Assembly (NCBI GenBank): GCA_007133145.1 | Contig: SLNF01000317.1 | Coordinates: 1-37,459, forward strand | Length of the DNA stretch: 37,459 nucleotides | Reading direction: 5' to 3' | Source of the DNA: Nitriliruptorales bacterium | GTDB lineage: Bacteria; Actinomycetota; Nitriliruptoria; Euzebyales; Egibacteraceae | In this document: positions 9,214 to 20,592 of the stretch, one piece after another | Position numbering within the stretch: position 1 is the first letter of the stretch | Layout: every line of letters begins with the position of its first letter | The notes under the pieces: generated by a model | Seen by the model: only the letters and a program-made list of their open reading frames with translations | Databases searched by the model: none | What the model was told of the DNA's origin: nothing | Position numbers and translations under genes: made by a program

Positions 9214-9860
9214 TCAAGGTGATGCTCGTCGACGACCACGAGGTGGTCCGTCAGGGCCTGCGGTCGATGCTCGACGCCCAGGAGGACCTCGAGGTCGTCG
9301 CCGAGGCCGGCACGGCCGGTGAGGCCGTCCTGCGTGCGCGGTCCTACAAGCCCGACGTCGTCGTGCTCGACGTACGCCTCCCCGACCGTTCCGGGGTGCT
9401 CGCCTGCCGTGACATCCGCGCCGAGCACCCCGACATGGCCGTGCTCATGCTCACGTCGTTCTCCGACGACCAGGCGCTGTTCGACTCGATCATGGCCGGC
9501 GCCGCCGGCTACGTGCTCAAGCAGATCCGCGGCTCCGAGCTCGTCGACGGGGTCCGGCGGGTCGGCAACGGCGAGTCGTTGCTCGACCCCGCGGTGACCG
9601 CCCGGGTGCTCGAGCGCGTGCGCAACCCCAAGGGGGACGAGGACCCGCGTCTGGCCCGCCTGACGCCCACCGAGGCCCGCATCCTCGAGATGATCGCCGA
9701 GGGGCGGACCAACCGCGAGATCGGCGAGCGCATCCATCTCGCGGAGAAGACCGTGAAGAACTACGTCTCGACGATCCTCACCAAGCTCCAGGTCTCGCGC
9801 CGCGCGGAGGCCGCCGCCTACCTCGCCGAGCGCCGCAACCGCCACGACAACGACGGCTGA
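9210..9860 (+). CDS. NarL/LuxR-family response regulator
   Basis: ORF 9210..9860. The GTG start overlaps the kinase stop (GTGA). Receiver domain shows MLVDDHEVV...VVVLDVRLPD. C-terminal LuxR HTH shows LTPTEARILEMIAEGRTNREIGERIHLAEKTVKNYVSTIL. Confidence 0.9.
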   Translation: MIKVMLVDDHEVVRQGLRSMLDAQEDLEVVAEAGTAGEAVLRARSYKPDVVVLDVRLPDRSGVLACRDIRAEHPDMAVLMLTSFSDDQALFDSIMAGAAGYVLKQIRGSELVDGVRRVGNGESLLDPAVTARVLERVRNPKGDEDPRLARLTPTEARILEMIAEGRTNREIGERIHLAEKTVKNYVSTILTKLQVSRRAEAAAYLAERRNRHDNDG

Positions 9861-9864
9861 GTGG

Positions 9865-10296
9865 CTACGGGGGTGACTCGGCCGCCTCGGGGGACAGCGA
9901 CGCGAGGAGGCAATCGGTCGTCGTGATGACCCCGAGCATGACGCGCTCCTCGTCGACGACCGGCAGGGCGCTCACGCGTCGCGACAGCATTTGGCGGGCT
10001 GCGGCCTCGACGGGCTCGTCGGCGCCGACGGTATGCACCGGCGAGCTCATGACCGCCTCGACGATCTGGCCCTCACCGGTGGCCTCGCCGACGCGCCCCA
10101 TCGCGGCGAGACGGTGGACCTCCCCATCGTCGATCCTCACGTCGCGGTCGGAGACCATCCCGACGACATGGCCCTCGTCGTCGACGACAGGGAGGTGGCG
10201 CACGCCGTAGTAGCGCATGAGCCGCCGGGCCTCGCCGAGCTCGGTCTGCGGCGTCACCGTCACCGGGTCGGGGCTCATCCAGTTGCGGACCAACAT
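9865..10296 (-). CDS. CBS-pair domain protein (Hrp1-like stand-alone CBS protein)
   Basis: ORF 9865..10296 contains two CBS motifs. A strong RBS AGGAGGAGG lies upstream of the ATG at 10296. Confidence 0.85.
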   Translation of the reverse strand: MLVRNWMSPDPVTVTPQTELGEARRLMRYYGVRHLPVVDDEGHVVGMVSDRDVRIDDGEVHRLAAMGRVGEATGEGQIVEAVMSSPVHTVGADEPVEAAARQMLSRRVSALPVVDEERVMLGVITTTDCLLASLSPEAAESPP

Positions 10297-10546
10297 CGCG
10301 CCTCCTCCTGCCGATCCTGTGCGGGACGCTGCGGGTGCGCTTCACCCGGTCGCATCATCCCCGATCCCGCGGGGAGGGAAGCAGGACGAACGACCCCCGG
10401 CGCAAAGGACCAGGCGGGCCGCGCCACACCGCCGCACGGCCCTTCATCCCCGGCGGCCTGCGGGCAAGGTTGCAGGGGCCAGCGGCGACTCGTCCGACGG
10501 CGGGCGGCGCTGCGCGGGAGGGGGCACGGCAGGAGGGAGCGCAACC

Positions 10547-11674
10547 GTGGAGCGGTGGCTGTACGCCTACCGGCAGGTCGCCGGCGACGTCACCGTGCTC
10601 GACGAGCGCCTGCGTGAGGGCCTGCGCGACATGCTCAGCGAGCCGGACGACACCCCAGAGGTCGACGGCTCCTTCCGTACGAGGCTGCGCGGTGAGATCG
10701 CCGGCATCGACACCGAGAAGCTCGTGCGCGTCCGGGTCGGGGTCGCGGGTCGCCGCGGCTCTCGGCTGCGCATCCCCCTGGCCTGGGAGGCCGAGTCGGG
10801 CCGACGGGTGTTCCCGCGCTTCGACGGCACGATCGAGCTCGAGCCGATGAGCGCGGCTCGCGCACAGCTCACCCTCACCGGCAGCTACGAGGTGCCCTTC
10901 GGCCCCCTCGGCGCCCTCGCCGACGCCGGCGCGCTGCGGCGCGTCGCCGAGGCTTCCGCCGAAGAGCTCGTCGAACGCATCGCGACGGGCCTGGGACGCG
11001 ACCCCTCCAGGCCGCCGACCGCGGACCGCTACCCGCGCCTGACCGTGGCCGACGTCATGACCCCCGATCCCGTCGTGCTCGACGAGGAGCTGCCGCTGCG
11101 CACCGCCGCGCTGCTGCTGTTCCATCACCGCATCGGTGGCGCGCCGGTCCTCGCCGACGACGGCTCGCTCATCGGCGTGCTGAGCGAAGCCGACCTCCTC
11201 GACAAGGAGGCCGCCCCGGCTCGCGGTGGGCGCGAGGCTGCGGTGCACGAGTTGCGCGCCGCTGCGCGCACCGTCGGCGAGGCGTGCAGCCGCCCTGCAC
11301 GAGTCACCGTGCCTGACGCCGCGCTGCGCAAGGCCGCCCGTGAGATGCTCGACGCGCGCGTGGCGCGCCTCGTCGTCGTCGACGACACGCGCGTGGTTGG
11401 TATCGTCAGCCGGCACGATGTGCTGCGGGCCCTCGTGCGGACCGACGCCTCCATCGCCGACGCCGTCAGAGCCGTCCTCGTGCGGCTCGACGAGCACGAC
11501 ATCGCCGTCGAAGTCGACTGGGGCGTCGTCACGCTCAGCGGCTCGGTCACGTCGCGGAGCCGCCTCAGCGTCGTGGAGCGGGCCGTCCGGGAGGTCGATG
11601 GTGTCATGGACCTCCAGAGTTCCGTAGGATGGCTCGTCGACGACACCTTGCCGGCGAGCCCGCCGCTGGCCTGA
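10547..11674 (+). CDS. Three-part fusion protein: uncharacterised N-terminal domain (paralog of 7492..7995) + CBS pair + BON domain
   Basis: Lies within ORF 10217..11674. GTG at 10547 is preceded by AGGAGGGAG at 10531-10539. CBS pair shows VADVMTPDPVVL...GVLSEADLL and ...VVVDDTRVVGIVSRHDVLRAL. The C-terminal end is BON-like (IAVEVDWGVVTLSGSVTSRSRLSVVERAVREVDGVMDL). Confidence 0.8.
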   Translation: MERWLYAYRQVAGDVTVLDERLREGLRDMLSEPDDTPEVDGSFRTRLRGEIAGIDTEKLVRVRVGVAGRRGSRLRIPLAWEAESGRRVFPRFDGTIELEPMSAARAQLTLTGSYEVPFGPLGALADAGALRRVAEASAEELVERIATGLGRDPSRPPTADRYPRLTVADVMTPDPVVLDEELPLRTAALLLFHHRIGGAPVLADDGSLIGVLSEADLLDKEAAPARGGREAAVHELRAAARTVGEACSRPARVTVPDAALRKAAREMLDARVARLVVVDDTRVVGIVSRHDVLRALVRTDASIADAVRAVLVRLDEHDIAVEVDWGVVTLSGSVTSRSRLSVVERAVREVDGVMDLQSSVGWLVDDTLPASPPLA

Positions 11675-11711
11675 ACGTCTTGCTGTGTGCCGACCCAGGA
11701 GAGGAACACCT

Positions 11712-14348
<2,637 letters not shown>

Positions 14349-14408
14349 CGACCCTGTCCCGACGGGCACGGGAGCGCGGCTCCCCGCCACCGGGACCTTG
14401 ACCCACCG

Positions 14409-14455
14409 GCCCCCGGGTCGGCCGAGCGGACACCTGCCGCGGCCGACCCGGGGGC
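14409..14455 (+). terminator. Strong stem-loop downstream of ppdK, a probable intrinsic terminator without a clear U-tract
   Basis: The perfect 15-bp arms cccccgggtcggccg (14410-14424) and cggccgacccggggg (14440-14454) extend to 16 bp with g14409/c14455. The loop is 15 nt. It lies about 60 nt after the ppdK stop. Confidence 0.55.
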
Positions 14456-14491
14456 TACCTTGTGGGCTCCCGTTGCTGAGGAGCGAACCCG

Positions 14492-15106
14492 ATGTCCTTC
14501 CTGCGCGTGGTCGGTGGCGCGACCCTCGTCGCGCTTGGCGCCGCCCTGCTGCTCGACGCCATCGGCGTCGTCGCGCTCAGCGAGGTCGCCGCCGGCTGGT
14601 GGCCGGTCATCCTCGTCCCTGCCGGGGTCGCGCTCGTCGTGCAGGCCTCCACCCGTTCACGGGGTCCGCACGCCACGCAGGATGCCGACCCGCCCGAGGG
14701 AGGCCTCGCCGCAGCGACCGCGACGAGCGAGGGGACGACGCCGGCCCGTGCCGCTGGGGGCGCCCGGCCCGCAGCCACCGCGGTCCTCGGTCGACGGCAG
14801 GTCACCCAGGACGCCGGCCCCTACCGCGGCGGCGCGGTCACCGTCCTGCTCGGTGGTCTCGACCTCGACCTCACCCGTACGACGCTGCCGCCGGAAGGCG
14901 CGGTGCTCGACGTCACGGCGATCCTCGGCGACGTGAGCGTCAGGGTCCCCGAGGACTGGCGCGTGCGGCGTGAGGCGGCCGTCCTCGCCGCAGACGTCGA
15001 GCAGCGGCCGATGGCTGGCGGTACCGCGCGCGGGGGGCCCGAGCTCGTGCTCTGCGGCACCGCCGTGCTCGCCGACGTCGACGTTCGCAGCGACCGCCGC
15101 GACTGA
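14492..15106 (+). CDS. Membrane protein with a LiaF/DUF2154-like C-terminal domain
   Basis: ORF 14492..15106. Two N-terminal hydrophobic segments, a Pro/Ala-rich linker, then LLGGLDLDLT...AILGDVSVRVPEDW, which resembles the cell-wall-stress LiaF C-domain. The family assignment is tentative. Confidence 0.55.
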   Translation: MSFLRVVGGATLVALGAALLLDAIGVVALSEVAAGWWPVILVPAGVALVVQASTRSRGPHATQDADPPEGGLAAATATSEGTTPARAAGGARPAATAVLGRRQVTQDAGPYRGGAVTVLLGGLDLDLTRTTLPPEGAVLDVTAILGDVSVRVPEDWRVRREAAVLAADVEQRPMAGGTARGGPELVLCGTAVLADVDVRSDRRD

Positions 15107-15109
15107 CCT

Positions 15110-16072
<963 letters not shown>

Positions 16073-16185
16073 GGTGGCGCCGCCTCAGCCTCAACGGGGA
16101 TCGCATCGCGCAACGAGTGTAGTGCGACTCATGGTTTCCGCTGCACCGGGTCGTGCGGCAGCATGGAGAACTCGAGGAGGTGCTC

Positions 16186-17052
16186 GTGACCCTACCCAGG
16201 CTCGGGGTCGTGCTCGGCGGGACCGGGGTGCGTGGGTTCGCCCAGGCAGGCGTGCTCAGTGCCCTCGAACGCACCGGGCACCCGCCCGACGTCCTCGTCG
16301 GCGTGTCCTCCGCCGCTGTCGTCGCCGCCACCTACGCCGCTCGCACCGACTGGTCGGAGGCCTTGCTGAGCGTCGACCGCACGCGCCTGCCCACGCTGCC
16401 CTCGCCGACCGGTGAGGACACCCTCGCCCGGCTGAGGGGTGCCCTGCGCGGGGCGCGCCAGCTCGCACCCTCGGTGTGGAGCTGGGGCCGTCGCGGGGTG
16501 GAGGGGCTCGGCGCGGAGGTGCTCGATGACCTGCTCGGCCGGGGCCTGCGCTTCCGCTCCACCCGGGTGCCGCTCGCGCTCGTCGCCACCGAGCTCGGTC
16601 GGGCCCGACGGCTCGTGCTCGACGACGGCGACCTCGCCGCGGCGACGCTGGCGGCCAGCGCCCTGCCGGGTATCGCCACCCCGGTGTCCCTCGGCGGCCG
16701 GCAGCTCGTCGACGGGGCCTTCAGCGACCCCGCACCCGTCGACGTCGCACGCGACCTCGGCGCCGACATCGTCCTGGCGTCGGTTCCCTTCGGTCCAGGC
16801 GAGGCCGACGGCGACGCGCTCGAGACCGAGCCAGAGGGTCCGGTAGCGGGCATGCTGCGCGGGCTGGAGATCGGCAGGCGCGCCTTCGTCCGCGAGCGGC
16901 TCGCCGAGGCCGACGTCGCCCTCCGGGCCGACCTCGGCGAGGACGTCCGCCTCCTCGACTTCGCCGGGCTCGACGCCGCGGTGCGCCGCGCGCACGACGA
17001 CATGCTCGACGCGATCGACGAGGTCGAGCGCCTGCGCGGCGTCAGGGCCTGA
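16186..17052 (+). CDS. Patatin-like phospholipase family protein
   Basis: Lies within ORF 16153..17052. I prefer GTG at 16186, which sits 6 nt after GAGGAG (16174-16179). Shows the oxyanion motif GGTGVRG, nucleophile elbow GVSSA (a variant of GxSxG) and catalytic Asp motif LVDGAF. Confidence 0.75.
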   Translation: MTLPRLGVVLGGTGVRGFAQAGVLSALERTGHPPDVLVGVSSAAVVAATYAARTDWSEALLSVDRTRLPTLPSPTGEDTLARLRGALRGARQLAPSVWSWGRRGVEGLGAEVLDDLLGRGLRFRSTRVPLALVATELGRARRLVLDDGDLAAATLAASALPGIATPVSLGGRQLVDGAFSDPAPVDVARDLGADIVLASVPFGPGEADGDALETEPEGPVAGMLRGLEIGRRAFVRERLAEADVALRADLGEDVRLLDFAGLDAAVRRAHDDMLDAIDEVERLRGVRA

Positions 17053-17059
17053 GCCGGCC

Positions 17060-18187
17060 TCAGTCGGCGGCGGCGGCGCGCTGCTCCTCGATGACCGCGA
17101 GCAGGTCCTCGAAGCTCGCTGCGAACTTGCGGACCCCGTCGGCCTCGAGCTCCTCGGCGACCTCCGCCTCGTCGATGCCGAGCTCGGCGAGGTCGGCCCA
17201 GAGCCGCTCGGCGCGCTCGCGGCCCTCGGTGATCGTCTGGCCGCGGACCTCGCCGTGGTCGGCGAACGCCTCGATCGTCGCGAGCGGCATCGTGTTGACC
17301 GTCCCCCGGCCGATGAGCTCCTCGCAGTAGACGACGTCGCGGTAGTCGGGATTCTTCGTCGACGTCGAGGCCCACAGGCAGCGCTGTGGCTGGGCGCCAT
17401 GCGCAGCGAGCGCCTCCCAACGGGGGCCGGCGAAGATGTCCTCACTCGCGGCGTAGGCGAGCTTGGCGTTGTCGATGGCGGCGGTGCCGAGACGCGAGGA
17501 GGCGAGCGAGGCCCCGGCACCGCCGCCCTCAGCGAACTCCGTGAGCTGTGGGTCGAGCAGGGTGTCGACCCGGCTGACGAAGAACGACGCGACGCTCGCG
17601 ATCGAGGCGACGTCGCCACCGTCGGCGAGACGGTCCTCGAGGCCGGCGAGGTAGGCCTCGGTGACCGCCCGGTAGCGCTCGATCGAGAAGATGAGGGTGA
17701 CGTTGACATTGACGCCGGCGGCGATCGACGCGCGGATCGCGGGCAGCCCCTCAGGGGTGGCCGGGATCTTGATCATCGCGTTGGGCCGGTCGATCGCGGC
17801 GAAGAGCCGGATGGCCTCGGCGATCGTCGCGTCGGTGTCGTGGGCGAGGTCGGGGGCGACCTCGTAGGAGACGTAGCCGTCGCGGCGCCCGCTCGCGGCG
17901 TAGACGTCGGCGAGGACCTCGGTGGCCGCCCGGATGTCGTCGAGGGCAAGGCGCTCGAAGACCGTGCGCGCGTCGAGTCCCTCCCGGGCCAGACGCGCGA
18001 GGTCGGTCGCGTAGGCGTCGCCGTCGCGCATCGCCTGCTCGAAGATCGTCGGGTTCGACGTCACCCCGACGACGGCGCGCCCGTCGCGCAGACGGACGAG
18101 CTCGCCGTCCTCGAGCCAGCGGCGGGCGATCGAGTCGACCCAGACCGCGACCCCCTCGTCGCTCAGTGCGGAGAGTCGTGCGTTCAT
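17060..18187 (-). CDS. tal: Transaldolase (long actinobacterial type)
   Basis: ORF 17060..18187. Shows VTSNPTIF and the MIKIPAT Schiff-base lysine region. Confidence 0.92.
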   Translation of the reverse strand: MNARLSALSDEGVAVWVDSIARRWLEDGELVRLRDGRAVVGVTSNPTIFEQAMRDGDAYATDLARLAREGLDARTVFERLALDDIRAATEVLADVYAASGRRDGYVSYEVAPDLAHDTDATIAEAIRLFAAIDRPNAMIKIPATPEGLPAIRASIAAGVNVNVTLIFSIERYRAVTEAYLAGLEDRLADGGDVASIASVASFFVSRVDTLLDPQLTEFAEGGGAGASLASSRLGTAAIDNAKLAYAASEDIFAGPRWEALAAHGAQPQRCLWASTSTKNPDYRDVVYCEELIGRGTVNTMPLATIEAFADHGEVRGQTITEGRERAERLWADLAELGIDEAEVAEELEADGVRKFAASFEDLLAVIEEQRAAAAD

Positions 18188-18247
18188 GGTCCTGCCTTCC
18201 TGCGGTCGTCGCGCATCGGCTGTCTGGCTGCTCGGGCGCTGCCGCCC

Positions 18248-20281
18248 TCACGCCTTCCGTGGCGTGTCGGCGAGGACCTGGCGGGCTTTGTGGGTGAGGT
18301 GGTCGGGGGTGAAGCCGCGTTGGGCGAGCAGGTCGCCGCCTGGTCCGGAGGCGCCGTAGTCGGTGACGGCGTGGATGGCGCCGTGCTCGCCGGTCCATTG
18401 GTGCCAGCCCAGGGGGCTGGCGGCTTCGATGGCCAGCCGGGCGGGCACCGCGGGGGGGATGACCTCGTCGCGGTAGGTGTGGGGTTGGGCGGCGAAGCGC
18501 CGCCAGGACGGCAGGGAGACCACCCGGGTGGGGATGTCGTCGTCGGTTTCGAGCCGTTCGGCGACCTCGACGGCCAGGGCGACCTCTGAGCCTGAGGCCA
18601 GCAGCAGCAGCTGCGGGTCGCCGCCGGCGGCTTCGCGCAGGATGTAGCCGCCGCGGGCCAGCGCCTCGGCTGGCTGACCGTGGGAGCGGTCCAGCGCGGG
18701 CACCCCCTGGCGGGTCAGCACCAGCGCGGTCGGCCCGTCGGTACGCTCGAGCGCGGCCCGCCACGCCTCGATGGTCTCCGCGCCGTCGGCGGGGCGGATG
18801 ACATCAAGGCCGGGGATCGCCCGCAGCGCGGGCAGGTGCTCCACCGGCTGGTGGGTCGGCCCGTCGCCGCCCACCCCGAGGGAGTCGTGGGTCCAGACGT
18901 AGACCACCGGCAGCCCCATCAACGCCGCGAGCCGCACCGCCGGGCGCATGTAGTCGCTGAACACCAGGAACGTCGCCGCGAACGGGTTGAGGCCGCCGTG
19001 CGCGGCGATGCCGTTGACGATCGCGCCCATCGCATGCTCACGCACCCCGAAGGCGATGTTGCGGCCGACCTGCTCCGCTGAGAGCGTCGGCTGCCCCGGC
19101 AACGTCGTCAGGTTCGAGCCGGCCAGGTCCGCCGACCCGCCGACCAGCCCCGGCACCCGCTCAGCCAACGCCGCGATCGCCTTCTGCGAGGACTTGCGGG
19201 TCGCCTCGTCGACCGTCTCGCCGGCCAGGGCGTCCAAGCCTTCGTCCCAGCCCTCGGGCAGCGGCGCCCCCGTCGGGGAGGCCAGTGCTGCCGCCAACGC
19301 CGGGTCACGTCGCTCAAGCTCCTCGAAGCGCTCCTGCCAGGCTTGCCGCGCCGCCCGGTGCTCGCCTACCCGCGCCTGCCAGCGCTCGGTGGCCCCCTCA
19401 GGCACCACGAACGACGACCCAGGATCGAACCCGAACGCCCGCTTGGCGCCCGCCACCGCCTCCGCACCCAGCTTCGCGCCATGCGCCGCCGACGTGCCCT
19501 CCTTGCCCGGCGCCCCGTAGGCGATGACGCTGCGCAGCCGGATCAGCGTCGGCCGCGCCGACTCCGCCTGCGCCTGACGGTACGCCCCAGCGATCGCCTC
19601 CCGATCATTGGCGTCGGCGACCTCGAGCACCTGCCAGCCATACGCCGCATACCGCGCGGCGACATCCTCGGTGAACGTGATCTCCGTCGACCCGTCGATC
19701 GTGATCCGATTGTCGTCATAGACCACCACGAGCTTGCCCAGCCCCAGATGCCCCGCCAAGGACGACGCCTCCCCCGAGACCCCCTCCATGAGATCGCCGT
19801 CGCTGGCAAACACCCACGTCCAATGATCCACCAGCTCGGGCCCGGCGCGCTCCGCCAACAGCCGCTCAGCGACCGCCATGCCGACCGCGTTGCCGACCCC
19901 CTGCCCCAACGGCCCCGTCGTGGTCTCCACCCCCGGGGTATGCCCCCGCTCGGGATGCCCTGGCGTGGCCGATCCCAACTGCCGCTGCGACTTCAGATCC
20001 TCAAGCGAGACGTCATAGCCGGTCAGATGCAACACCCCGTACTGCAACACCGACGCATGGCCCGCCGACAGGACGAACCGATCACGATCCGGCCACCACG
20101 GATCAGCCGGATCGAACCGCAGAAACCCCGACCACAACACGAACGCCGCCGGCGCCAACGCCATCGCCGTGCCCGGATGCCCATCCCCCGCCCGCTCAAT
20201 CGCATCCGCCGCCAACAACCGCAACGCATCAACCGCAAGAGTGTCGGGGTCGCTCACATCGTGGGCGTGGATCTCTGGCAT
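18248..20281 (-). CDS. tkt: Transketolase
   Basis: Lies within ORF 18248..20569. The internal ATG at 20281 has GAGGA upstream. Shows GHPGTAMALAP, SAGHAS and the GDG/ThDP motif DGDLMEGVS. The 96-codon N-terminal extension in the track is Arg/Pro-rich and non-homologous. Confidence 0.93.
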   Translation of the reverse strand: MPEIHAHDVSDPDTLAVDALRLLAADAIERAGDGHPGTAMALAPAAFVLWSGFLRFDPADPWWPDRDRFVLSAGHASVLQYGVLHLTGYDVSLEDLKSQRQLGSATPGHPERGHTPGVETTTGPLGQGVGNAVGMAVAERLLAERAGPELVDHWTWVFASDGDLMEGVSGEASSLAGHLGLGKLVVVYDDNRITIDGSTEITFTEDVAARYAAYGWQVLEVADANDREAIAGAYRQAQAESARPTLIRLRSVIAYGAPGKEGTSAAHGAKLGAEAVAGAKRAFGFDPGSSFVVPEGATERWQARVGEHRAARQAWQERFEELERRDPALAAALASPTGAPLPEGWDEGLDALAGETVDEATRKSSQKAIAALAERVPGLVGGSADLAGSNLTTLPGQPTLSAEQVGRNIAFGVREHAMGAIVNGIAAHGGLNPFAATFLVFSDYMRPAVRLAALMGLPVVYVWTHDSLGVGGDGPTHQPVEHLPALRAIPGLDVIRPADGAETIEAWRAALERTDGPTALVLTRQGVPALDRSHGQPAEALARGGYILREAAGGDPQLLLLASGSEVALAVEVAERLETDDDIPTRVVSLPSWRRFAAQPHTYRDEVIPPAVPARLAIEAASPLGWHQWTGEHGAIHAVTDYGASGPGGDLLAQRGFTPDHLTHKARQVLADTPRKA

Positions 20282-20299
20282 CGTCGTGGTCCTCGCTCG

Positions 20300-20379
20300 T
20301 GTCCTGGCCGACGATGTCGGCGGGTCCCTTGTCCTGGCCGGCGCTGTCGGTGGGTCTCGCATCGCGGTGTCGCATCGCG
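20300..20379. repeat. Two adjacent tandem duplications in the tkt 5' region: 30 nt x2, then 13 nt x2
   Basis: The 30-nt units at 20300-20329 and 20330-20359 share 25/30 positions. The 13-nt units gtctcgcatcgcg (20354-20366) and gtgtcgcatcgcg (20367-20379) share 12/13. Confidence 0.85.
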
Positions 20380-20592
20380 CACGAGACGCGCCGCGCCGCG
20401 CACGCAACGACGCTACCGCTCCGTGGCCTGTGGTCCAAGAGCAGCTCGGTCTCACGAGACCCTTTCGGTATCGTCGACCAAGGGTGTGCGATCCGACAGA
20501 ACCGCTGTGCGAAGCGCCAGGCCTGGTACCGTGCGGGTGCACCGAGGCGCGCAGGGGCGCGAGAGGCACAGGTGTGCGGACTCCGGCGGGTG

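Noticed and set aside
10297-10546. DosR/DevR-type operator (GGGAC..GTCCC palindrome) in the divergent promoter between the CBS gene and the CBS-BON gene.
   Set aside because: Only an isolated GGGAC (10323-10327) and a CCCGCGGG palindrome were seen. Nothing resembles the 20-bp DosR consensus, so I make no regulatory-site claim.
20282-20569. N-terminal extensions offered by the ORF track. Examples are tkt to 20569, aldolase to 31513, HAD to 30515, CBS-BON fusion from 10217, serC to 1573, fabG to 4612, FGGY from 23353 and LysR from 21505.
   Set aside because: The extensions are Arg/Pro-rich and non-homologous. Internal ATG or GTG starts have good Shine-Dalgarno sequences at proper spacing, or stop/start overlaps with the upstream gene.
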